Positions 12,870-24,510 of a stretch of 64,000 nucleotides of DNA are shown here, in pieces. Location of the stretch: the NCBI RefSeq assembly GCF_009914755.1, contig NC_060930.1. One strand, written 5' to 3'. This stretch comes from the human T2T-CHM13v2.0 reference genome, Homo sapiens. The translations under genes were made by a program, and so were the position numbers. The first letter of the stretch is position 1, and the number at the start of each line of letters is the position of its first letter. The notes under the pieces are model-generated. The model saw nothing but the letters and a program-made list of their open reading frames with translations, ran no database searches and was not told where the DNA came from.

Positions 12870-13805
12870 TCCATTCCCTCTGCCTTAGATAAGGACCTTA
12901 TTCTTAATTACTAATAACCTCTTAATTAGTCCATTTACTGTCATTAGAAAATGATGTCAAAAATGTAAAAATAGGAGACTGATAAGGCCTCTCTTGCTCC
13001 ACTCTTTAAAATATTTCACTGCCTATCCAGTACTTACATCAGTATCTCCTAAGGGACAGGAACCAGAGAAAAACTTCAGCAAGTTAATAAATGGCAAAAT
13101 ATGATTTAGAAAACTTGGGCAGTGAAACCTCCTCCTGGAGGCTTCAAAGGCATTGATTTGGAGCAGTGATGGCCTGAATAAACTAGTTCAATCCAGAATT
13201 CTCTTAATGTATTTAATCATGGAATTTCTTTTTCAAGTTTTACCTATTCAATATCTGTAGTACTAGTTTCCACAAAGACACATTGGGTAATGCTTTCTAG
13301 AATAAAAGCCAAGCTGCTTAACTGATAGCACGGGACACATTGTGACGGGTTATTTTCAGTCTCCTTATTAGCCTGGCTTCCCACCCCTTGATGCCTTTCT
13401 CTGTTACCTTCTACCTGAACAAGGCACACACCACAGTGTTGTAGTCCTCTGTGCCTTTGCAGTTGCCCATTCCTCTGCCTAGAGTCATTTTCCTCCCCTT
13501 GCTTGCCTGGTAAACTGTTTTCCCCCATCTTTTCAAACTCAGAAGAGATGCCTCTCCCCAAGGAGGATTCTTCACTGACTCTTGTCCAATAAAGGGAATC
13601 ACTCCCTTCATCATTCTACACTATGCTTTGTTCACCTCATTTGCATTTTGGTTGCATTCATCATACTGGTTTGTAACTGTGTTTGTGGGTCTAATGCGTT
13701 TTAAAATTTATGAGAGATTTCATGGAAGGAATCTGTGTAATGAGTTTTGGGTTATGCGTGGAACAGGGTAGGAGCTTAAATGATGTTTGTAGAACAGGCG
13801 AATGG
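12870..13805 (+). mobile_element. L2 LINE 3' region, fragmented
   Basis: tgtgcctttgcagttgcccattcctctgcctagag, cctggtaaactg, and an L2 3' end-like ggaacagggtaggagcttaaatgatgtttgtagaa. Confidence 0.7.
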
Positions 13806-13924
13806 TCACATTTCATATGGTAGTAACATCATCTGGATTCTGAACTTCTGCTGGTGAAGGTATCTTAGGTTAGTTAACATATATACATCAAAAAAAGGCA
13901 AAAATGTTCTCATAGGAAAATGAG

Positions 13925-14062
13925 ATGTATAAGGTATGTGTATATATATACACATAAATACATATGTACATGTATCTGTATATACATCTATAAATACATA
14001 ATACACACATGTATAGTTTCAGTATATAAAAGGACACACACAAATGCACACACACACACACA
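13925..14062. repeat. (TA)/(CA)-rich low-complexity tract
   Basis: tatatatacacataaatacatatgtacatgtatc...cacacacacacaca. Confidence 0.8.
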
Positions 14063-15195
14063 AGCTTATGCTTATTCCCTCACAAAAATAATTTTCCCCA
14101 GCCATGAGACACTGCTATTTAATTAAGGATTATTAGGAAATACAGGAAGAGAAACTTTACCAAGGGCACTGAAACACATAGGTGGTTATAGAAATAAAAC
14201 CTTGGTATTTTTATTCTTTACACATAACCTTCACTTCTACAGTCTCATCCAAACAACAGACCTGCAGCATCTTACACAGACTTCTATTTATCTACTTGGG
14301 CTGAGCTGACCCCACTGGAAATCGAACATTGCTGCAGATATTGATCCAGGCACATGGACACTGGCGAGGCTCCCTTTGTGTGAAATTTACAGAAGGGCCT
14401 GCTGGAGAGGGCATTCTAAGTACAGAAGCATCCACAAGACTGCTGCTTCCCTCATAGGTCTGATAGAAAGAAATCTGCGGCCACTTCTATCTGGGCAAGG
14501 GAATAGCACCACTGTGGTGCCTCACCGTGTATTGTGCTGAGCATGGCTCGGCTGTCCTGCTCACCCCTCTCATTCCTCTAGCTCCTCCATCTTGCTCTGA
14601 CTCTTAATGTAATGTGACCAGTTAGTCATGACCTTCACATGCTGCACTGGTGCTCTGTTCTCCCTCTGCTCTGTCTCTCTGGCCTTAAGCTGTAGTGAAC
14701 TCACTAAGCACGAGACTCCCCTTTAAAACATCTAACTGAAAGGAGTGTTGTTTGCTTTCTGGCCCTCAAACACCAAGGCACTGTTGTGCTCCTTAAAATT
14801 GTAAATTATGTCTGTTTAAGAAAATGTCAGTGTTTTTTAAAACAGAATAACAGTGCTGGAAAAGACTTGGCTGTGCAATTTGTTACCAAAGTTTCATGCA
14901 AGAAAAATGATGCATTCATCATTATGAGCACAGTCAAGGGTTCTAATGACTTGGGCACAACGCCTCTTCAGTTCTTTTAAGGAAAATGATGAACTTTTTT
15001 CTTTCTCCTCAGCAAGTTATCTGAGTAATGTAAAAGCTCATAAACTGAGATTCAGGGAGACACTGTCAATGAGGCACTATACTGAACAATTAAAACGTAA
15101 GACACATCTTGTATAATTAAATTGATTTTTTTTTCTGCCAGAAACAAGACCTTCTCAGGTAATGATTGCTTTGGTTGTCTAAAATTGTATGTATT

Positions 15196-15280
15196 GGGGC
15201 GGCGGAGGAGGAGATCTGTTGTTACATTTATACATCACTTCATGTGTCTCCAAAATCCAATTCCTAAATAGGCCAATAGG
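15196..15280 (+). promoter_or_regulatory. Candidate cis-element cluster: GC box, CArG box, CCAAT box
   Basis: ggggcggcgg 15196-15205; perfect CC(A/T)6GG cctaaatagg 15263-15272 overlapping ggccaatagg 15271-15280; motif match only. Confidence 0.35.
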
Positions 15281-16479
15281 ATGATTCTTAAGTAGGGAAG
15301 GGTAAATAGCTATGGAGGATCAGTACAATCGATGTAGTGTCACTGCACTAGGAAACATATTATTTAGCTACTTAGAATTTCAGCTCTGCAAGTGGACTCA
15401 CAGGTTTAGGAAGGCGAGGGTGAAAGTGTTAGCAAATGGGGCTAGGCCTCTGATTTTGATGATTTCTCTGGACAGCTGGGACCTAGGCAAGGATCTTAAC
15501 TTACCCGTGCGTTCTCCAGCGTCACACAAGCATGAGGTTGTCACATTTTGTGTGTGTCTGAAATACATTAAGGTCTGTAAATCAAAATGCTTCACTTTTT
15601 ATATTAAAAATTGCCTTTTAAGGATAAGTATAACACCACACCCTCAAAAAGCACAGTGTCTTTTTGACCCCTGGGTAAATGTATTAAACTGGAATATTTA
15701 CCTGAATTTTCCTTACTTGGCCTCCATTCATGCTAAGCAGCTGTTGGAATGAATACAAAGGGACTTGCCTGACTTTCTAGCAATAAGCTTCATTTTTTTT
15801 CCTCATGGCTTGAACACATTATTTAGTGGATTGAGTTTTACCTTTTCCTGCAGTGGGAGTGGCTGCTTTTCTGTTAAATATTACTGGGTTTTATTAAGAG
15901 ATATTAAGAGAAACCCTTGCCATATGGCAATTTCAAAGAAAGAAGGAATTAAAAAAGGGAGCTATGTTTGCTTTTATTTTTACCGGATGTTTGAAAAGCT
16001 AGAAGTAACCCAGAGGAGAGTAGGCCAGGGGTTTTGTGTCAGTGGGTGGAACGCATTTGCTGTGAAATGTGATGGAATGTTTACTGAGCTATTTTCCTCA
16101 AAAATAAAAATGTTCCTGCTCTCATATCCAGTTTACACAGCAGTAGCCTTTTTAAAAATGTTGCCTCCGCGATGGGCGGGCAGGCTTCGTGTTGCTCTCT
16201 TTGGAAGTAATGGCTCAAGGTTGTGCCTGGCTACGCTCACACTGTTGGGCAAAAGCACAGACAGATACGCTCCATTTCCAAGCATGTGGGAGCTGAGTTC
16301 CATCTCTTTCAGGTATTTACTAAAGACATATCTAATGGATGGGAGGAAATCTAATCCTAACAATGTTTTCTTGCTGTCTAGGTTAACATATGTGTTTCTA
16401 TGCCTGACTCTCAACCTTGGACCTGTACCTCTGCAATCACTTGGCCCTGGATGGATGAGGGAGGGTGGCATGTGAATAG

Positions 16480-16630
16480 AAACTGGACCAGGGAGACCAC
16501 CAAGGAATGATGTGCCCTCGAGCAAGGTCCTCATTCTCTTTGAGCCTCTAGATTCTGTTAGAAGAAAGCAATGATACCATCTAACCTGATTAGGACAGTT
16601 ATTTATTTGTAATAATTCTATGCATATAGA
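16480..16630 (+). mobile_element. MIR fragment
   Basis: tgtgccctcgagcaaggtcctcattctctttgagcctc resembles the MIR core. Confidence 0.55.
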
Positions 16631-17124
16631 AAGAGATGGAATTTAATATAATAAAATCATAGCAGTGGTGATGTTAGTGGAGTGGGATTTTAGGAGAATC
16701 TGGTCTTCCGTGTCTCTGGATTTTCTGTAATTTTTCCTACGCACACACATGCATACTTGCACACACTAGTGACAACAACAACATTAAAAGGCTTTTGGGC
16801 AGGTCTTCACAATGAATAATTCATATTATTTACTCTTCATATGCACCAATACTCTTCAGTCAAAAAAATAAAATACATATAAAATACCTACAAAGTATAT
16901 ATACTCTATCATACTCCTTCATGGATTGTTTTGAAATTAAATGATTGAGCAAAAGTGCTTAATATCTTATAGCTTATTTTATAGGTATTAATTGTTATTT
17001 TGGAAATTATATTACCATTACTATATTGCTATCTGAAGTAACTAGTTTGTCACAAACATACATATACACATATATTATATGATTTTTATATTGTTATCAT
17101 GTATCTCTCTCTATCATCTATCTC

Positions 17125-17164
<40 letters not shown>
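17125..17164. repeat. (TCTA)10 tetranucleotide microsatellite
   Basis: Ten perfect TCTA units, preceded by degenerate units from about 17102. Confidence 0.97.
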
Positions 17165-17165
<1 letters not shown>

Positions 17166-17430
17166 ATCTCCAGTAATTTGAACACTATTTGGGGTATTAC
17201 ATTTTTATTCATTTAGTGAGGGAATGTTAGTTAAAACTTTATTTTGGAAATGTGAAGATGAACTGTTTTGGAGGCTAGTTTTAAAAATTAAAAAGTGTGT
17301 TTTTTTAAACAACAGCAACAAAAGACCAGATCTTTATGTTGTCTTAGTTACTACCATAGTTTTAAAACTTCCATGTTTTCCAAGTCTGTGATTTTCTCTC
17401 TTTGAAATTCACTTTAGATGTCTGAGTGCC

Positions 17431-17549
17431 TTTTTTTTTTTTGACAGAGTCTCGCTCTATTGCCCAGGTTGGAGTGCAGTGGCGCGATCTCGGCTCCCTG
17501 CAGCCTCCGCCTACCGGCTTCAAGTGATTCTCCTGCCTCAGCCTCCTGA
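17431..17549 (-). mobile_element. Truncated Alu, 3' part of the right arm only
   Basis: poly-T then gacagagtctcgctct...ctcctgcctcagcctcctga, ending abruptly at a second T-rich tract. Confidence 0.92.
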
Positions 17550-18059
17550 CTTTTTCTTTTTCTTTTCTTTTTTTCTTTCTTTTTTTTTTTTTTTTACAGT
17601 GGATCCTGCATTAGAAAACCACCAACTTATTGTAACTTTTAGTTAATTATAAAAAGATAACTTTGTCATTGTTCAATCTTATAAAACAATGAAACCAAGT
17701 ATAAACTATTTTAAGTAAATTGCTTTTATGGGATTTCTCTTTTCAGAATTGACTGTGGCTCCATGGTTTGTTGTAATTAATTAAACCGTGTTCATTTGGA
17801 GTTTTGATCAAATTAGCTAAATATATTTATTTTATTCTATATTTGACCAAAAGTTTGTTAGTATTAGCGTCATCTAGATTTTAGAGACAGTAATAAAAAC
17901 TGGTAAAAATACTAAGTGGGAAAGTGTACTGCTGTAGCTTATCAATGTTAGAGCTTGAAAATACCTAAAAAACTGAACGCAAACAAGTAAACAAACAGAA
18001 AGAAAAAGCAAGAGCGCTAAATGCAGACGTATGCATACAAGCAGTATAAATTACCAGAA

Positions 18060-18185
18060 AAAACACTAGGTCAAGGTAAGGGGGGCATGAATTCCTAGTC
18101 CAGCTTTGGAATTCCCATGTGGATTTAGGTGAACTGCCCCTAAGCCTCAGTGCCCTTTATTCACAAATAGATTTAATTGGGCCAA
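18060..18185 (+). mobile_element. MIR fragment
   Basis: gaattcctagtccagctttg...tgtggatttaggtgaactgcccctaagcctcagtgccc. Confidence 0.5.
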
Positions 18186-18757
18186 AACAGTTCTGTAGGA
18201 AGTACCAATAGAAGGGAGTGTATGTCCTGTGCACATTTAATTTTGAACTATAGAAGCTCTATTTTTGTATGTTTTATATATTCCTGTCTTATGTACAGTT
18301 CAGTTTGGAGTGAAGTAAGTGTTCTCTGTTTAAAAACTATTAATGTATACATATTCCTCTCTAAGTAATCACTGAGACAGGCTGGCCTCCTCTAATACAT
18401 GATTTAGGATACTCATTGTGTAGAGAAATCCTCGTATCTGGAATAATGTGGAGAATAAGAGTATGAATAGTGAAAATGATTCATTTAGTCAAATATTTAT
18501 TGGTATCTACTATATGATAGAAAACTGAGGTCATAAAACAGCAAATCTTAAAAGGAAGTTCTGGATTGGAGTTAGGAAACCTAGAATTCAGTTGGGTCTA
18601 ACCACACTAGCCCTGTCACCTTAACAAGTCAAATTTCTAGAGCTAGCTTATAATCTGATTTTCTGAACATATACCTTGTCAAATGTTGCTTTGGTTTCTA
18701 AATGTCCACCTACCCATTCCCTCTTATGGCAGCCCAAATATACTAAAACTTCCTTCC

Positions 18758-18922
18758 TTTTTTTTTTTTTTTTTCTGAGCTAGAGTCTCGCTCTTTTGCC
18801 CAGGCTAGAATGCAGTGGCGTGATTATGACTCACTGTCACCTTTGATCCTGGGCTCAAGCGATCCTCCCACCTTGGCCTCCCAAAGTGTTGGATTTTCAG
18901 GTGTGTGCCACCAAGCCCGGCC
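18758..18922 (-). mobile_element. Alu monomer (FRAM-like or recombined AluJ)
   Basis: Single arm of about 150 bp plus poly-T; ctcaagcgatcctcccaccttggcctcccaaagtg; degenerate TSD acttccttc/acttacttc. Confidence 0.88.
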
Positions 18923-21900
18923 TCAGACTTACTTCTGATAATGTAACTCTGACTATACTAATTCGATTTAATTACTCTATGATTTTAGGTTTTAGTTTTC
19001 TAAAAACTCCTTTCCAGCAAATTTTTTACTCCTCACTTGTGTTCGTTTTGTCTATCATTAAGGTATTATTGCTTTACTCCTAACATGGGAAGCTCTCAGC
19101 TCCTTTAAAACACAACTTTGGGAGGGAAATGCTTGCATCCACTTGCATCTACTTTTCCATGAATTACTTGAACAAGTATTTGTCCACGGCAGGAGGGATT
19201 GAGCATGGTGGGATGGATTTGCAGAGTGTCTATTAATAACAATGATGAAGGGACGAAAAGCGAAAAAGAGACTGACAAGTAATGATCACAAAAAGAGAAA
19301 AGAGAATTTTCCAAGTAGAAATACAACACATGTTTCCTGACCTTCACAGAGGAATTTAAGTTTATGTCATTATAAAGCTCTGAAGATATTTCAATGATTA
19401 TGATGGACAAAATGGAGCTCTTAAATAATCATACAGGTATGTAGCAGTTCATACTTAACATTAATATAGTATTATAGAGTATTATAAAAGTTCAAAGCCT
19501 GAGGTCATCTTTGCTAGATGATTTCTATGTCAATGAAAACTCAAATGTATAAGCCAAAAAGATTGCATGCACTGAGCTATCATCCTTCTCACATTCTTAT
19601 ATTTATGAAAACTTGTGCTAAAATTTCATTATCACCAACGTTTCTATCCTAATAAAAGAAAAATAACTCACAATAGAAAGATACCCATGCCAGTCAGTGG
19701 GCAGGAATACACTACGCAATTTCACGTCTCTAAGACCACAGATCAAAATAAATTACCCCACTTAAGGCAGACAACAGCAGGAGGACCTGACCTGGCCTGT
19801 GGTCCTATCCACTCCCTTTTCTGTAGGTTTTTGTTCATTCTAAATATAAGTGATCAGTTCTTACAAGTTTATATTCAAATAAGGGTTCAGAAGTAAATAA
19901 ATGCATCTCTTCATTCAGTCAAGTAAAGTAATCCAATTTTCCTAGTGTATGCACATGTGTTAGTGGTTTGCTAATATATATATATATTTTTTCTTTTTTA
20001 GAAATACATGTGCTGTGGCTTCAAGGGTGGAAAATTTTACACACTTATATAAGTAAGGAGGTTTACTTGTAACCCTTTTGCATATGTTTTGGAGAAAACC
20101 TCTTTAAGAAAATAAATATTGCTTTAGCACCTAGAAATACATATAAAATACTGTGTTTAAATATCTCTCTTCCAGACCCTCCAAACAGTAGTATCAGGCC
20201 AATGGTTCTTTTGGTGCCTCGTCTTGGCACTGCGTTTATTCTAAAACATATTCTAGAAAACACCAAGTAGGTATGCCAGTTATGACCTTCCAAATACATT
20301 CCACTTCTCAGCATGCTAGAATATATTTAAAACAGATTATATTTTCCTTCTGTGTTTCAGTTTTCACAGTTAATAAGACAGGCATTTCCATGGCTGACTT
20401 GCTGTTTTCATGGATAGCAAATATTCTGATTAGTATTCCAGATGCCAAGTTTACCAAATTTTATTCAGAATAGGAAATGCCATAGAAATTAAAGGTTTTG
20501 CCTCTTACTGTTTATAGCTAAAACATCAAAATAATAATATATAGCTAATATTCATGATTGTTCTGGTAGCTGCTGTTTCTAATGAAATATCCCTTGAACC
20601 AGTGTGCCTTGAAAAATATTCATGTGATGTAGAAGCTGCTGAGTTTAAAAAATATCTCCTAGCACTAATCTTATATTTAAAACTGTAACATAAAATCTTG
20701 CTTTGGATCAGAGAGATGACAAGGAGATTTGGAACAATGACTCTCCTGTCATTTCAGTCCTTATGACCTAAACTTCTTTGCTATTCTATCATATACAACA
20801 AACCTTTTAATACCCTCTCCAAGTGGGAAATAGTTGAAGGTAACGTTGTGTAGGTTGCTGGTAAGATTTTCCAACTATTCTTGGGAAACTAACATAATGA
20901 GTTGTGTTTCAGTACAAGATCTACCATAACTTCCTAACCTCTTTTTTTCACAGGGAAAATGGACCCAGTGTTTCAAAAAAAAAAAAAAAAAAAGGAAGCT
21001 CAGGCATTTTTTCCCTCATTTTGACTCATCATATGTTTTATGATGTTATGATATTAAACATGGTGTTGTAATAAATAAGATCAATAAAAGTCAATAAGTG
21101 ATTGGATGGGAAATGGAGGAAAATGTAGATGTTATATGGCAGTGATGATGGAAATAGGTATTTCCAAGAGGGATGATAGTGCAACTTGTGGGTCACATGA
21201 ATTTGTCATACTTTCCAAAGATCAGTCAAAAACTATAAAAGGGATCCTTTTGAATTTTAAATATTGTATTCTTCATAAAATGTCGGCTAATTTCACTGTT
21301 ACATGGGCTGACAGGTTTATTTATTAAGCCTAGAAGTTTTCTTCTTAATTAGTTTAATAATAACATTTTGGGTTGAATGCACTATAAACTTTATTTTGAG
21401 AGCACCTGCAACTGGAAGAATAACCTGAAATTACATTGATAATGGGTGTGTAAATTGAGCTGTTTTCCAGATCTGATGAATTTTTCTCTATTGAGAATTT
21501 TCCAGAAAGAAATATATTTCACTCAGTCTGGCATACAATAGCTAGCACCATTTTCCTGTCTCATACTCAAGGTCAGTTTGATAGAGGATGTGAGAATGCA
21601 TAGCTGATTGGCCAGCTATACTGCCACCCAGTTAATGTTTAACGATGGGTGCTGGCTTTAGCAATCTTCATGGGTATTGTTCTGTCTGGATCCTTATCTC
21701 AGGCTGGTTTATAGTTAGAAGAGTCTCTAAAACTTTTTGAGAATTATTTATTCATGATCTCTGGTGGCTATAATTTCAGTTTAAATCCAGAGCAAAGAAT
21801 CAGCATGATGCTATCTTCTTTCTCTAGAAGTTCAATAAATTGAAGAGAAAGTAAATTGGCATTAGCAAGGAAATTCACATTTAAAAAAAAATGCATGTCT

Positions 21901-21973
21901 GTTAGGATGCAGTGGCCCAATATGCCTTCAAAAAGTAAGAACTCTCTTCTTAAAGGCAGAATCAGGTTCATGA

Positions 21974-22115
21974 CCTAAGAATCTGCCTTCTTATACTACA
22001 TCAAAGAGAAGAAAGAAAAGAAGGAAGGAAAAAGGAAAGAATTTTATCAGGCCAAGAATTCCCTTCTTCTTTCCTTCGTTCTCTTTAATGTAGTATAAGA
22101 AGGCAGATTCTTAGG
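21974..22115. repeat. Inverted repeat, 37-bp arms (36/37 identical), 68-nt spacer
   Basis: 21974-22010 cctaagaatctgccttcttatactacatcaaagagaa versus the reverse complement of 22079-22115. Confidence 0.97.
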
Positions 22116-23974
22116 AAAGACAAAAAGAAAAACTGAAAGAAGGAAGGAAAGAATGAAGAAAAAAGGAAGAAATAAAGGCAGAGAGTAATTAAGAATAAGC
22201 TACTTTTTGAAAGTTATCCAAGTAAGTTAATTATAAAAGCAAAATAAATGTCCAGATCTAGTCACATTTACACAAATTAGCATTAAGTTCTTTTTCAGTC
22301 ATTTGTTAGTTGTCATTCATTCATTCTTCCAAGCTTGTGCTAAGAGCCGGAAGAATGATAGAAAAGACTCTTACCGTATAAGGCAATGGTTTAAAACCAT
22401 GGGCAAAACCCTACCTTTGAATACTTGACTGTCAGCAAAGTGACCTCCACAAAGTGCCATCCAATTTCCATTCCCCTTCCAGCTTCTTTGATGTTTCCAG
22501 GAACTGATAAAGTATGCCTTCTGCATTTAATATTTATAAATTGGTTAAATGTCTCAGGCTTTGGTCTAAGCCATATAACATAGGGCAAAGAATGAAAGAG
22601 GTTAGTCAGATCAGAGAGAAAAGCAAAGAGAGAAAGGGTCTCAACAGAGCTGTAGTTATTTTCTGTAACCAACTGGCCCTCGAAAACAACTGACATCCTT
22701 AGTCAGATGCTAAGCATGTGATGTGGAATGGCCATGGCTGGCACCCTTCACAGAGGATCGTGCGTCTCCACTGTGCAGGTGTTTCTGCTCCTGGAGGCCT
22801 GCCAGCCAGCAACCTGATTCTCTGAAGGGATCATACACAGTTGCCTCCTAGTTAAAACGGGACACTTATGCAAACACAGGATCCACTGTTGTTAAATTGA
22901 GTTGCTCTTGTTACCTTTCATTCTCTGGTTGTAAATGAGAGAAGCAGATGCTGGCAATGCAGGCTTTACAATGCTTGTTTTTCTACTCATTTAAATCGGC
23001 ACCCACAGCTTCTACATAGAGACTACATAGCTCTGAAACGATGCATGAAATGGAAAAAAATGGGAACAATTTTTGCCCTGAATGCCCAGGTCACAGAAAT
23101 TACAGACGCAGATTCACACAACAAATGGTGCTAAGTCTCCATTTAGTTTCAGCAAAGATTTAAGCTGACTGTAGTTGGTTGTGCCAATAAGCAGATAATT
23201 GAGTCAAAGGAGAATAGGGACTTAGGTGTGTCCCCTTCTTTGACACCATCTCATATGAATCTTTTGAAGTCCTCTCCTTTTTTCCTACACCACCTACCAG
23301 TTTGTACTCCTCTATCACATTTCTTCCTGATTTTTGCTTTCCTTTTTGCTATGTGCCCTCTCCAAATATTCAAAACTTTATTTTCGTGCACTCTTTTCTT
23401 CCCTTCTATTTTATTTTTCCTTGAAAGTCCCTTACACATAGCACCTTCTCAGAAAGCATATTAAAGGGAGGCAGAATAAGAATGGGGTCATAGGGTTTAA
23501 GTATTTATTAAAAATAGAGACATATTCAAGAAGCAAAGCCACCAAATGACCCCTCTCTATAGGTGCCAGTCCATGTATTCTAAAGAAACAAAAGCTATGC
23601 TATGTCACTAAAGTTATGACTATCAACCGATTGTCTGCTGGAAGTACTTAGGATAGGTCACTTTGCTAAGCAATGTACGCTTGTCTGTGAATACCCATAA
23701 AACTGGATGGGGTTACTTCCCAGCTTTCTAGCTCTCACTCCAGACCTGTCTCTCTCAGTCTAAGAAGGAGATCAAATACAAGAGTAGAAGTTGTATTGGG
23801 AGTATAACAATGAAATTTATTTTAAATAAAGCAAGACCTAAATACATACTGCATTTTAAAGGTTCTGCTTCTCAGAAATCTTGCTATTCAGATGTATAAA
23901 TGAGGCTGAGCAGGCTTCCCTTTCTTTGTGGATTGTTACTTGATCTTTGAGAATTTATGGGGTTTCCAGGAAAA

Positions 23975-24205
23975 GTGTAAGATTTGACATCAGGATACTG
24001 GCCTTACTGTTCCAGCTGAGGCATCTACCAGTTGCATGAACTATCTACATTACTTTGCTTCTCTAAGCCTGTTTTATTTCTATTTTTCTTTTTCATAGTG
24101 ACAAAATTGGAATAAATTCCTTTTGAGAATTGAGTGAGTCAAATGAGATGAAATGTGTTCAAGACCTTTTACAATTAAGCAACTGTGAATAGAGAAGACT
24201 ATCAT
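23975..24205 (+). mobile_element. MIR fragment
   Basis: ctctaagcctgtttt...gagtcaaatgagatgaaatgtgt. Confidence 0.5.
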
Positions 24206-24349
24206 CTATTCTATGACAGTAGCCATTACTACAATTTCAGATGTCTAACCTGTAAGAGATTCTTTTAACTTCTTTAGAAATCACCATATTGGCATATACC
24301 CATATATTTTCAAAGTGAGAACCTGAGATCAGTATAAAGAGTCTGTTTC

Positions 24350-24510
24350 GCCTGGTGACTAGAAGCATGAACTTTGTAGCCAGACTGTTTAAATCCCAAC
24401 TTGGCTAATTTGGTGTTTTTTCCCCCATTGGTGAAATGTGGATAATAATACTGCCTACAACATAGGAATGATATGAGGATTCTGTGATGCATAATGATCC
24501 ATAACATTTA
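24350..24510 (+). mobile_element. MIR SINE
   Basis: gcatgaactttgtagccagactgtttaaatccca...gtgaaatgtggataataatactgcctac...atgaggatt. Confidence 0.75.

Noticed and set aside
15765-16475. 236-aa ORF as an annotated CDS
   Set aside because: Starts at TTG, has no recognisable domain and non-coding-like composition; kept only as a hypothesis in findings
24350-24400. tRNA-like sequence at MIR heads
   Set aside because: Decayed SINE head with no intact cloverleaf; not a tRNA gene
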